Shown: one piece after another, positions 19,308 through 29,949 of the stretch
Layout: each line of letters begins with the position of its first letter
Numbering within the stretch: position 1 is the first letter of the stretch
Assembly: GCA_946965045.2 (NCBI GenBank)
Contig: OX337228.1
Coordinates: forward strand, 3,720,001 to 3,784,000
Direction of reading: 5' to 3'
Length of the DNA: 64,000 nt
DNA from: Epithemia pelagica
Taxonomy: Eukaryota > Protista > Bacillariophyta
The notes under the pieces: model-generated
The model's database searches: none
What the model was told of the DNA's origin: nothing
The model's input: the letters and a program-made list of their open reading frames with translations, nothing else
Position numbers and translations under genes: made by a program

Positions 19308-22300
19308 GGCGGGTGTTTCTCCAGCACTCCAATGCCCTCTATCCTCCTTGGTTGGACACCATTCTTTGTTGGCTATGCCTCTGTGGTTGGTTTTGTTTGA
19401 TCTCGACGGTTGATTGTTTTGTGTTGACTTTGGTTGGTTGTTTGTATCGGTTTACGTCGTCCAGTCGAGCTCACCTTCGTCACCTCAATCGATTGCTTCC
19501 CAAACCTCCGTTCCATTTTCCTCCTAGTGGTTTCGATAGTCGCCTTTGCTTATCCGATCACGTGATTTGTTTGACTCCACTTTCGGTCCTTTACCTTGCC
19601 TTTCATCTCCTCATGTTCACGTCGTCAACTTACCCTTTGGGAGTCATGAGTTTCACTCCTCCACGGGTCAGGGGCGAGCATGGTACGAGAACACGAAGAC
19701 GCACATGGTCCAAGTCAAGATCTGCCACGAATTGGAACCATTGGCCCACGATACGTGCTTTACGTTTGCACAATCACCCGGTTGATTGTTACGACAAGTT
19801 CAAGTTGTTACCTTTGTCAAGAGATCCCAAGATCTATACCCTTGGTCCAGATTTTAGCAACCTTTTACGTGCGAATTGTGAGACACCCCGTTTCACATAC
19901 CGTTATGCCATGCATCATATTGATCCGACCATGATCGTATCTCAAGTCGCTCACACTGACGACGCTCCAAGTGATCCAGTGGTACCCATCATCCTTGACA
20001 CTGGCGCCTCCAATGGCTTAACCATGCGTGAGGATGATTTTGTTGAGTTGGTATACGGCAATTACGGATCCATGTCCACTGCCGCAAGTGACAACCGCTT
20101 TCCTATCATCGGTACCGGTATTGTTGGATATGACGCCATTCACGAAGACGGCACTGTACGACGATGGGTCTATCCAGCCAACCTCTGTAAGGCAGCTGGT
20201 ACAAGACTTTGCTCTCCACAGATTAACGCTGCTTACCTCCGTCAAGACCAACGTTTCCCAACTTTCGTCAGCAACCAATCATTCGCAAGCATTATGATTG
20301 ACAAGGAATCCGAACGGCGTATTACTGTACCCATCGACTATTCCAGTAATCTTCCCATCGTTCGAGTGAAGCACATCAAGAATCACACTCAAGCAACGGC
20401 CCAGCACCGACCGGTTGATTGTCGTTGCGGATTTAATCAGTGGTGTCGATGTCACTTGGAAACTACATCTGTGACCAATAATCAGCTCACATTGCATCAG
20501 TTCTTGGCCGAACATGACGAAAATCCCTTGGACGAGATGAATCGGAACTTGAGCCGACCACAGAAACAATTGTTGTTGGATCATCAACGCTTGGGACATA
20601 TTCACATGCGTCGTCTCCAGAGGCTCTATCGTGACAACTCGAACTCTGACCCAAGCGATGGCACATCATCATGTCTACCTTGCACATTCAAGAGCAGTGG
20701 TAGTTGTGATGCACCACAATGCCTGGCATGTTTGTACGCCAAAGCTCGACGTCGGCCAACCCAGTCCAAGGCTAATGTACCACACTCCCAAGCAGGCCAT
20801 TTGACTCCAACAGACCGAAAACTCTCTCCCGGTGAATTGGTTTCAATGGATCACTTCGAGTCCACCGTTCGAGGCCGCCTTTGGCACACACGAGGCCGTG
20901 AAAGACCAGAGCATCGCTTTGTGGGTGGTACCATTTTCTTTGACCATGGTTCAAAAGCCATTTTCTGCTATCCACAAGTCTCCCTTGGTAGCAGCGACAC
21001 CATTAATTCCAAGAACCAATTCGAAGTCTCCCTCCATCAGGCTGGCCGACAGGTTACTCGATACCATTCTGATAACGGTGTCTTTACCTCAGACGCTTTC
21101 CAGGAATCTCTCAAGACCAATCGGAATACTTTTCCTTCTCCCTTGAGCACACTCTCTGGTGTCGGAGCTCATCATGCCAATGCAGGTGCTGAACGGGCGA
21201 TTCAAACAGTTACATACATGGCCCGAGCCATGATGATCCATTGTCACATTCGATGGCCGTCAGCATTTTCACCGTCTTTATGGCCCATGGCCCTTGAATA
21301 CGCCACCTGGATCTACAATCACGTCCCTCAAGAAGACAACGACATGTGTCCAATGGAAGTGTTCTCTGGCACCAAGATCGATTGTACTCTGCTGCGTCGA
21401 GTTCGTGTGTGGGGTTGTCCCAGTTACGTGTTGGATCCAAAACTGCAGGACGGTAAGAAACTTCCCAAGTGGGCACGCCGGTCTCGTCGTGGTCAGTTCT
21501 TGGGTTTCTCTCCCCAACATTCTAGTCTAGTGGGCATGATTCGGAATTTGGACACTGGCCACATTTCCCCCCAGTTTCATGTGGTGTACGACGAATTATT
21601 TATGTCTGTCAACAGCACGTGGTCATTCCCCCAAGACAACAGTTTACCCGACTTCTTTACCCGCGATCATTATCTCGACGACCACGACCCGACACGTGAT
21701 GGACCGTTACCCGACTTGGATTCAGTCTGGTCCCTTCCCAAGGTATCCTTCGACGACACTTCGTCCCTTCCAGTTCCGAATGTCCCCGAGGGCGAGCGAG
21801 CAGAGCAACCGTCACACGACCAGCCTACTACACCAAGCACACCATTAGATCTTGGTCGTAACCATCGCCGGACGACTCTTGAATCTCATCCTAACGTGAC
21901 ACCCATCCAATTGGACGATATCACTCCTCTGTCACCTCTTGCCGAGACTGACGAGACTGACTCTTTCGATTCCACTTCCGACGACATGCCTACCACACCT
22001 CGATCCAAACCGGGCGAGTCGTCACCCAGCTCAAAATCGGGCGAGTTGTCACCTCGTTCAAAAACGGGCGAGTCGTCACCTCGGTCAAAAACGGGCGAGT
22101 CGTCACCAAGTCCAGCCTCTGATGCGACGCATGAACCCACTACAGGCCGACCTCACCGTCAACGTCGCGCTCCAGTACGATTTCCAGACAATGTGGATTC
22201 CCATCAAGACAGCTCTTGGGCACACACAAGTGTCACAGAGCAACGTTTCTCCATGACGGCTATCAACGACGATCCAACAGCTTTTGGACACTATGCCAAC

Positions 22301-24049
22301 TCCATCAAGTGGGATTTTCCTAACGGACTAGACCCAGACAAGCTCACATCTACCTTCGATTCGCGACTCTTGGCTCAAATCCAGTCGCCATTAGGCATCA
22401 TCGACGATTGGCATCCACTCTACTTCAGTGCCAAAGCCATTAACGAAGACGCGCCATCCTACTTCGACATCCGTTTGTTGTCTCAGGAAGAACAGGACAA
22501 GTGGATTGCGGCTATGGACAAGGAGTTAAACGAGCTCGAGAACAAGAAAACATTCAAACTTGTCCCTCGTATCCAAGCGAAAGGAAAGGAGATCGTAGAC
22601 GTTATGTGGACCTTTGTACGGAAACGGAAACCAGATGGGACCATCTCACGGTATAAAGCAAGGTTGGTCGTCCGTGGAGATCAGCAGAAGGCATCTTTTA
22701 GCCGAGACGATACCTTCGCACCAGTGATTGATTGGCCAACCGTCCGTCTTCTTCTTAACTTGTCCATCCAACACAATCTACACACGGTCTCAATCGATTT
22801 CAAGAACGCCTTTGTCCAATCGGATCTACCCGAACCGATCTATGTCAATCTGCCACAAGGGTATGGGGCAGGCCAGAGCGACAAAGTCCTAGAAGTGACC
22901 AAGAGTCTTTACGGCAATTGCCGGACACCACGACTATGGTACGATTACCTACGCAACAAACTGGAACAAATTGGACTCAAACCTGACGGTTCCGACCCAT
23001 GTCTCTTCATCGGAATGGGCTGTGTGATGATCACGTACGTTGACGACGCAGTGATTTGTGGACACGACGAAGCAAGCGTCAATCGAATCCTCGAGGGACT
23101 GACACAGACGAAGATGGACTACGAACATCTCGGAGATCTTCCAACGTACCTCGGAGTTGAAATCAAGCATCATGAGGATGGCACCGTCGAGCTACGACAA
23201 CCGCACTTGACTCGTAGCATCATCAGCGCATTGGGACTCGAAAAATCCAATCCCAAGGCTACACCTGCCACGAAAACAATTGGAAAAGACCTGGACGGAA
23301 CACCACTCAACGCCGACTACAATTACCGATCCGTGGTGGGCATGCTCCTCTACCTCGGGAATAACACGCGACCCGACTGCGCATTCGCCATCAACCAAAC
23401 GGCACGATTCAGCAACAACCCCACAGCACTACATGGAGAGGCACTAAAACGAATCGGTCGCTACCTCATGGGAACCGCAGAGAGGGGCCTAATCCTAAAA
23501 CCATCCAAGGATCTGAGTCTGCATTGTTATGTGGACGCCGATTTCGCTGGCCTGTGGAGTAACGAGAACCCAGATGATCCAACTTCCGTACGGTCGCGCA
23601 CCGGGTTCATCATTACCATCGGTCAATCCCCCATCACATGGAGCAGTAAACTACAAACTGAGATTGCACTCTCAACCATGGAAGCCGAGTATATTGCTGC
23701 CTCAACCAGCATGCGTACACTCCTTCCACTACGCAATCAATTGGCCAAGATTATCACTCATTTGCATCTGAATCCAGCGGGCCCAAGTTTCGTTTGCACC
23801 GTCTGGGAAGACAATCAAGCCGCCTTACAACTGGCGACGAAAGATCCACCGCGAATGACACCACGTAGCAAACACATTGGAATCAAATATCACTGGTTCC
23901 GCGCACACATCAACTCACCCAACAGCACTGAACCAAACGGCATCTTCATGAAAGCGATCGCAACGACAGATCAACTTGGCGATGCCTTTACCAAACCATT
24001 GGACACAGGACCTTTCGAAACGGCTCGCAAAAAGATCATGGGTTGGTAG
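19295..24049 (+). CDS. Element B pol (protease, integrase, RT, RNase H), in the -1 frame relative to gag
   Basis: Motifs IILDTGAS; HQRLGH...CLACLYAK; SMDHF, YHSDNG, ANAGAERAI; YKARLVVRG, IDFKNAFV, YVDDAV; YVDADFAG, WEDNQAA, SKHIGIKYHW, QLGDAFTKPL. Confidence 0.93.
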   Translation, partial: GFSLGRVFLQHSNALYPPWLDTILCWLCLCGWFCLISTVDCFVLTLVGCLYRFTSSSRAHLRHLNRLLPKPPFHFPPSGFDSRLCLSDHVICLTPLSVLYLAFHLLMFTSSTYPLGVMSFTPPRVRGEHGTRTRRRTWSKSRSATNWNHWPTIRALRLHNHPVDCYDKFKLLPLSRDPKIYTLGPDFSNLLRANCETPRFTYRYAMHHIDPTMIVSQVAHTDDAPSDPVVPIILDTGASNGLTMREDDFVELVYGNYGSMSTAASDNRFPIIGTGIVGYDAIHEDGTVRRWVYPANLCKAAGTRLCSPQINAAYLRQDQRFPTFVSNQSFASIMIDKESERRITVPIDYSSNLPIVRVKHIKNHTQATAQHRPVDCRCGFNQWCRCHLETTSVTNNQLTLHQFLAEHDENPLDEMNRNLSRPQKQLLLDHQRLGHIHMRRLQRLYRDNSNSDPSDGTSSCLPCTFKSSGSCDAPQCLACLYAKARRRPTQSKANVPHSQAGHLTPTDRKLSPGELVSMDHFESTVRGRLWHTRGRERPEHRFVGGTIFFDHGSKAIFCYPQVSLGSSDTINSKNQFEVSLHQAGRQVTRYHSDNGVFTSDAFQESLKTNRNTFPSPLSTLSGVGAHHANAGAERAIQTVTYMARAMMIHCHIRWPSAFSPSLWPMALEYATWIYNHVPQEDNDMCPMEVFSGTKIDCTLLRRVRVWGCPSYVLDPKLQDGKKLPKWARRSRRGQFLGFSPQHSSLVGMIRNLDTGHISPQFHVVYDELFMSVNSTWSFPQDNSLPDFFTRDHYLDDHDPTRDGPLPDLDSVWSLPKVSFDDTSSLPVPNVPEGERAEQPSHDQPTTPSTPLDLGRNHRRTTLESHPNVTPIQLDDITPLSPLAETDETDSFDSTSDDMPTTPRSKPGESSPSSKSGELSPRSKTGESSPRSKTGESSPSPASDATHEPTTGRPHRQRRAPVRFPDNVDSHQDSSWAHTSVTEQRFSMTAINDDPTAFGHYANSIKWDFPNGLDPDKLTSTFDSRLLAQIQSPLGIIDDWHPLYFSAKAINEDAPSYFDIRLLSQEEQDKWIAAMDKELNELENKKTFKLVPRIQAKGKEIVDVMWTFVRKRKPDGTISRYKARLVVRGDQQKASFSRDDTFAPVIDWPTVRLLLNLSIQHNLHTVSIDFKNAFVQSDLPEPIYVNLPQGYGAGQSDKVLEVTKSLYGNCRTPRLWYDYLRNKLEQIGLKPDGSDPCLFIGMGCVMITYVDDAVICGHDEASVNRILEGLTQTKMDYEHLGDLPTYLGVEIKHHEDGTVELRQPHLTRSIISALGLEKSNPKATPATKTIGKDLDGTPLNADYNYRSVVGMLLYLGNNTRPDCAFAINQTARFSNNPTALHGEALKRIGRYLMGTAERGLILKPSKDLSLHCYVDADFAGLWSNENPDDPTSVRSRTGFIITIGQSPITWSSKLQTEIALSTMEAEYIAASTSMRTLLPLRNQLAKIITHLHLNPAGPSFVCTVWEDNQAALQLATKDPPRMTPRSKHIGIKYHWFRAHINSPNSTEPNGIFMKAIATTDQLGDAFTKPLDTGPFETARKKIMGW
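21998..22105 (+). repeat. Four 27-bp coding tandem repeats in the pol linker of element B
   Basis: Unit CCTCG.TCAAAAACGGGCGAGTCGTCA, encoding PRSK[PT]GESS-like 9-mers. Confidence 0.9.
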
Positions 24050-24335
24050 CCCTCGGTCAAGGGCGAGTATCAGCGTTCATGCGCCTCTTCCATTCACTCC
24101 CACACATGCAACAAAATATTGACCTCGCACTACACCCAACTTAGCTCCTAGTCATAATTTGAGAAGTAACAAAACTTGCACTACAGTTTACATTCGTCCC
24201 TAGCAGAATCTTACGAACTGCAAACCGGAACTTTTCCGAATGACCATGGGAACCTCCCTCAACGGAACGGCCGCCTCATTCGGACATTCTACGAACAACT
24301 CGTCGGGTGGAACAGAAAACTCCTTCACAATGACA

Positions 24336-26680
24336 ATGAGAACGTGCCTGGGGACGATAATGTCATAGACGAGCCAGAGCCCAACCATCCGTTGGATAAT
24401 CTGGATCTTGAACCTGTGGAAATCCAAGGAGTGGGGGCAGAAGCCAATCTGCCTGATCCGGTAGACGATGACCAATATTATGTTGAGCAAGAACAAGACA
24501 ATAACGATGCGATCAATGATGATGCTATGGAGGATGTGGACATGGATAATGATGATGAGGATGATGGGGGGAAGCTAGCCGGTGGATTGGAGGAGGAGGA
24601 AAAAGAAGAAGAAGCATCTGAGAAAGAAGAAGAAGCATCTCTCACAGTTGAGGACTTGGGGATGGATGATGCAGATCATGAACAGGAGAACAACAACCAA
24701 CCCGAAAATGAACTCCGATACAATTTACGGCCGAATCGACAAAGAAGCTATGCCCACCGTTACGGACATTCTTATGCCGCAGTGGACAAGCTTCAGCGTG
24801 GACGTGGTTACGATGGCTATTTGAGAGATGGAATCCTGTATTTGGTGTCAACGGAAATCAATATGGCTACACCACAAATGCCAATGAAAAAAGGCATCAA
24901 GTTGTTCGGTGATAAAGGCGTGGCTGCTGTGAAAGTGGAGATACAACAGTTACACGACCGCGGTGTTCTACGGGCTGTTCATAAAACTGATCTAACTTGG
25001 AACCAAGTGCAAGAAGCGTTAGGATATTTGATGTTCCTAAAACGCAAGCGATGTGGCAAAATCAAAGGAAGAGGCTGCGCTGACGGGAGAAAGCAACGAG
25101 CTCATATTGACAAACCCGAATCGGCATCACCCACAGTTGCTACTGAATCCGTTTTCATCACTGCCGTGATTGACGCTCTAGAACGACGCGTGGTTGCAGT
25201 AGCTGATATACCAGGGGCATTCATGCACTCCGACATGGACCCCAACGTATATATGCGACTAGATGGATTGATGGCTGAGCTGTTGCTGGAAGTGGACTAT
25301 GACACCTACGCTCCTTTCTTGACCTATGAGAAGGGTCAACCGGTGATTTATGTGGAGATGCTGAAAGCTCTTTACGGCACGCTTCGTGCCGCTCGCTTGT
25401 TTTGGGAGAAGCTTACCGCCGTGCTCAAGAGTTGGGGATTTCTTATCAATCCCTATGACTCGTGTGTTGCAAACAAACAAGTAAACGATCGGCAGCTCAC
25501 TGTGACGTGGCATATTGACGATTTAAAAGTCTCGCACGTTGATGGCAAGGTAGTTCATCAATTTTTGGATGACTTACGAGCGGAGTTCGGACAGTTGGGC
25601 GAGATCTCAGTGTCTGAAGGTACTCGACACGATTACCTTGGCATGTTCCTCGACTATGGGGAAGATGGTGTGGTTCAAGTGGATATGAGATCGTATCTTG
25701 AGACCATCCTACTTGACTTACCAAAAGAATGGATCGGTCGAGCCCGTAGTCCCGCAGCCAAACACCTTTATCACGTGAACCCAAAGGCTCACAAGCTGGA
25801 TGAAGCAAAATCAGACCGGTTCCACAGTGTGACCATGCAACTCGCCTACATGGCACAACGTGGTCGCCCTGATATACGGACTGCCGTAACTTTTCTGAGC
25901 ACCCGTGTTATGGCTCCTGATGATGATGACTATTGCAAACTTGGACGGGTTCTGAAGTATTTACAATCCACACGCGATTTGATCCTGCGTCTAGAAGGTG
26001 ACCCAATGATGCATCTGTGGTGGTGGGTTGACGCATCTTATGCGACTCATCCCGACCTAAAAGGACACACTGGGGGATTCATGACCATGGGAAAAGGAGC
26101 AGTGGTGACGGCATCATCGAAACAAAAACTCGTGGCCCGTAGTTCCACTGAATGTGAACTCATTGGGGTACACGATGTACTCCCGTCTATCATCTGGACC
26201 AAGAATTTCATACAGGCACAAGGCCATGAGATCAAGGACGTAACCTTACATCAAGACAATCAGAGTAGTATTCTATTGGCAAAAAATGGACGGCTATCCA
26301 GTTCGAAACGAACCAAACATATCAACCTTCGCTACTTTTATATCACGGACTGCATCAAGCGCAAAGAGCTGGATATTGCATTCTGTCCGACTGAAGAGAT
26401 GGTCGCCGATTTTTTTACCAAGCCATTACAAGGTCGCATCTTCTACCAATTGCGTGATATCATCATGAATGTACCATCGGATAGTAAATATCATTCCTCG
26501 GCACAAAGGAGTGTGTTGAGGATAGCAGAGCAACCGGTGAATATAGAGGACCAAGGTGCGACTGGCGACGGGAAGAAGGATTCGCAAGATACGGAATCAT
26601 GGACATTGGTTAGTCGACGTGGCAAAAGCAACGAAAGAACGAACAAGAGAGCCAACGCTCATTCAATGGAGAATACGTAG
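24336..26680 (+). pseudogene. Element A RT/RNase H (3' part of polyprotein), extending into the 3' LTR
   Basis: Motifs KIKGRGCADGRKQR, VADIPGAF, ALYGTLRAARLFW, WHIDDLK, WVDASYA, LHQDNQS, TKHINLRYF and MVADFFTKPLQG. The stop codon is inside the LTR. Confidence 0.92.
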
Positions 26681-26736
26681 TTCGATAAGCCTATAAAGAG
26701 TTGCTTTTACGGCACGGCTTGTTAGAAGTTTCAACA
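26514..26736 (+). repeat. 3' LTR of Copia element A
   Basis: Identical to 13510-13732. Confidence 0.97.
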
Positions 26737-27113
26737 ATTCTACGACTACGTTTGTGTTTACGAGAATTGTTCGTGAGACGGGGGGTTGGCTCGGACAAAT
26801 TTTAGCGCTTTTCGATCTCAAACCTTAAATTTAATGGGTTATGAGGGCACCTTTAAGTGCGTTTTTAGTTTAAGATTTTAGGTATAAGTATTGCAGTAGA
26901 GTCCCATTATGTGACAATGACGTGTACAGCTAACAGCTACAACAAATCTTTCGCAACCCCATCATAGGGGAAGACAACAGGGACGATGGACTTGCCCCTC
27001 CGTTTTCTATTTCGGCGCTGTAGTATCTAGAACAGGGATCAAACTTCGACGGTAACCACACAATCGGAAGTCTCCGCATCATTGAGAAGGTCTTCAGAAG
27101 AAAGATCCCAATC

Positions 27114-27702
27114 ATGTCATCGTCGCCATTTTTCTCATCGCTAGCACGCAAATGGCGCACTCATTACAGAACTTGGGGACTTCTGAGTGGACTAATCGTG
27201 GCTGGAACTGTTGTTAAGGTATGTGACAAGATGAGGCGGTATGGTAATATGTCCAACCCATTCAATGCTCATTTCATTCTTCGGATCATTGTAGGTCGTG
27301 TATTTTGCGAAGTTTCGTGGATGGTACAAACAAGGAATCGATCAGGTACATCGAGAAGAGGAGGCTCGTTTACGAGATCAGGAAGCTCAAAGGCAGACAC
27401 AGGAGGATGCAAACGCAGCTGGGGATGAATCATCGGAGCAACGACGTAAATCCCTCCCGCAGTTGACACCGGAACAACATGAACAAATGCAAAAATACTT
27501 AAAATTGGTTCAAGCACACGGAGTTCGAAAGATGCAACAATTACAAAGCAGTGCTGGCTGTATTGGTTGTCCTGCTCTTGATGCCACGGGTAAAGTTCTT
27601 TCCCGCCAGTCACAAACTCAAACACCGGAACGGAACACAGAAAAGGACGCTGCGCCCAGTGCTTGTCCACATGCCACGTCTAAGTTGTCTGAAGCTTCTT
27701 GA
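27114..27702 (+). CDS. Small single-pass membrane protein of unknown function (intron 27219-27294)
   Basis: Exon 1 MSSSPFF...WGLLSGLIVAGTVVK joins in frame across a GT-AG intron to VVYFAKFRGWYKQGIDQ... Confidence 0.6.
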
Positions 27703-28062
27703 ACACCGTTACCTGTTTAGGATGCAGTCATTCACCTTCTCATTGTGGGTTCTGTTTCTCTCCTGGTGATATATGGTCGCTCCATAAAGCTGAACACTTC
27801 GAAAGGAATTTCATCCTGCGGTCTCCCCCATTTCTCAAGTCGGCTGTCGGCTGGAGAAAATTGACTGGGACTGTGTTACGGGTCGAAACGGTTTCGTAAT
27901 TGGTGTGGATGTTGATAATCGCCCACTACGTGTGCGTTCAATATATCGTGTATTCTAAATTCTATATGGTATGAATAATGAATCAATTTTGGTTTTTGGA
28001 GATGGTTCGAGAGTCGAGAGTCGAGAGGTGTGCTTGTAACATCTGTAGTGTTTGCTTGTTTG

Positions 28063-29280
28063 TCACAGCCGAACATGTCCAGTGGCAATAGCCCATCGCA
28101 CCAGTTCTGTGCGATTGGACACTTGAGCTTTGCGAAGCATTCGAGTAATCAACTGTTCGACTCTTCTTGTGGATTGGAAAGACAATTCAGCCATTTCTCG
28201 CGTGCGTTTACCCTGACAAATCCATTCCAACACCTGTTGTTCGTCCGGCGCCAAAAAGACATTGGTGGCTCGAACAAACCCCGCCACTGAAGGTCCACCA
28301 CCACCCTGTTCCAGCAACAATCGTTTAATCTCTCCCAGTTCGCGTTCCAATTCTCCTATTGCAACCACCATCTCCGACGTCTGATCATCATCATACAGGC
28401 CCTGGTTCACTCCTGTAGCCTTGTTCAGGGTTGCTTGTTTCTTTTTGTCGAGGAGGAGCAACTGCTCTTGCCTGGAAACGAGATTGTCCACAATAGTCAC
28501 CAACTCTTCTGGATCAAACGGTTTGGGAAGATAGACATCCGCTCCTGCATTGTAGCCCTGGATGCGATCTTGCACCTGCCCCTTGGCAGTCAAGAGAATA
28601 ACGGGCAAGGCCACGGTTCGGGCATGACTTCGTAACCGTGAAACAAATTCCAAACCATCTAACCCGTCCGGCATACGGACATCGCTTATTATCACATCAA
28701 TGTTACTTCGACGACCACGATGATCAGCTAGTTGATTGTTCGACTGACCATCGTCACCTTGGTCGTTGTAATCGTCTTGCCACAACAGCTGCAGCGCATC
28801 TTCGGCATCCTCTAGGGTCGTCACTTGGTAGCCGGCCTCTTCAAGAAAACTACCAACAGCCAAACGAATAGCTTCTTCATCATCCACTAACATTACATGA
28901 TACAAGGAACGTTCTTGACGCAACAACGCATTATTGTCGTCTACGTAGTCCATGTTCTCGCTGGCAACGTCGTTCACTGTCATTTCCATCGGCGACAAAG
29001 GCATTCCGCTCGTTGCTTCAAGTATATCACTCGTCAAGTTGTTGTTGTACTCGTCTTCGGTGTTTTCGATATTGTCGCCATCTTCTCTACCCAAAGAAGA
29101 GGAAATAGAGCCTGTGAACCGTAAAAGCAAATTCAATGTTTCATGTCGTTGTCTATGTGGCCAGGGACGATAGACAATCCGCCGCGATGTATCAAAGGTA
29201 GCAAAACCAGAGCACTCAGGGGTGTAACGACTAAGCCATAAAATCGTACAAACCGTCCACCAAAACAACCATCGTCCCAT
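28063..29280 (-). CDS. ycf29: Ycf29-like NarL/LuxR-family response regulator with bipartite plastid-targeting presequence
   Basis: Receiver domain (VMLVDDEEAIR, DVIISDVRMP, VILLTAKG, GADVYLPKPFDPEEL) plus a LuxR HTH (EQQVLEWICQG...SNRTELVRWA). N-terminal signal peptide ends in CSG-F, an ASAF-like motif. Confidence 0.8.
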   Translation of the reverse strand: MGRWLFWWTVCTILWLSRYTPECSGFATFDTSRRIVYRPWPHRQRHETLNLLLRFTGSISSSLGREDGDNIENTEDEYNNNLTSDILEATSGMPLSPMEMTVNDVASENMDYVDDNNALLRQERSLYHVMLVDDEEAIRLAVGSFLEEAGYQVTTLEDAEDALQLLWQDDYNDQGDDGQSNNQLADHRGRRSNIDVIISDVRMPDGLDGLEFVSRLRSHARTVALPVILLTAKGQVQDRIQGYNAGADVYLPKPFDPEELVTIVDNLVSRQEQLLLLDKKKQATLNKATGVNQGLYDDDQTSEMVVAIGELERELGEIKRLLLEQGGGGPSVAGFVRATNVFLAPDEQQVLEWICQGKRTREMAELSFQSTRRVEQLITRMLRKAQVSNRTELVRWAIATGHVRL

Positions 29281-29949
29281 GACTGTGATGGGGTCGTCGA
29301 ACTTGACCGGCAAGGGAACAGCAACAGCGTCTGGCCACTAACCAGACGTACACGGCTCGGCTTGGTATGCCAGTTCCCTAACTTTCACGCAATAACATTT
29401 TGGGGTAAGTATGCTCCGATATTTGCAAGATTCCAGTATTTGATATGTACACATTCTGATTCTGGCTCAACATGATAAGATTTACCCCAGTGGTAAGGTG
29501 ACGTGTTGGAAATTGGAGTCCGTTTGTGTTTTGTACGTTCCGAACCGCGAACGTCAGACACGCTTGCTTGGCGGAGAACACAAAGAGCGTCGGCATCGCC
29601 TATAAGCACCTTCCGAGTTCTCAGGCAACTCCCCAACCGCACCGCCCCACTGAGATTGGAAATCGTCTGCAAACCAGATGGAGTACCGGATGGATAGGTT
29701 GTGAGAACTTTTATATTTCCTCATTGCAAAGAGTCGGACAGTGGTCTACAAATACAAAAACTACCTTCTTGCAATAGGAAAACTCGTCTCTTGAAGACCC
29801 GAGCACAAACCCACGTCGCCGTACAAAAGCACGTGGGAAAAAGACGAGTTGGGTAACTCGATTTTCGATGAGAAACCAACAAGAGGAAACGAGGATACTA
29901 CTCCACGTTTTGCTTGAACCGAAAGCGGCCAACCCTGCCGTCGTCCAGA

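Larger units (their letters stand above)
17282..24335 (+). mobile_element. Nested Ty1/Copia LTR retrotransposon B (7054 bp)
   Basis: 268-bp LTRs (17282-17549 and 24068-24335) with one C/T mismatch (17334/24120). 5-bp TSD ATGAG (17277-17281, 24336-24340). PBS at 17550 and purine tract AAGGGCGAG before the 3' LTR. Removing it restores the pol frame of element A (..ELANE/NVPGDD..). Confidence 0.96.
13510..26736 (+). mobile_element. Ty1/Copia (CoDi-type) LTR retrotransposon A, interrupted by nested element B
   Basis: Identical 223-bp LTRs (13510-13732 and 26514-26736, TGTTGA...TCAACA) with a 5-bp TSD ATTCT (13505-13509, 26737-26741). Domain order is gag, protease, integrase, RT, RNase H. A purine tract AAAGGAGTG precedes the 3' LTR. 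Confidence 0.97.

Noticed and set aside
21998-22105. CRISPR-like array
   Set aside because: The repeats are contiguous with no spacers, in frame within pol, in a eukaryotic context. No CRISPR, rRNA or tRNA gene was recognised anywhere in the window.
26820-26890. AT-rich patch with GGTTATGAG (PBS-like) and weak inverted repeats just after element A
   Set aside because: There is no adjacent LTR end, only a 9-nt match, and the inverted repeat is short and imperfect.
28063-29313. Bacterial contamination suggested by a two-component regulator
   Set aside because: It has a eukaryotic targeting presequence and is flanked by intron-containing genes.
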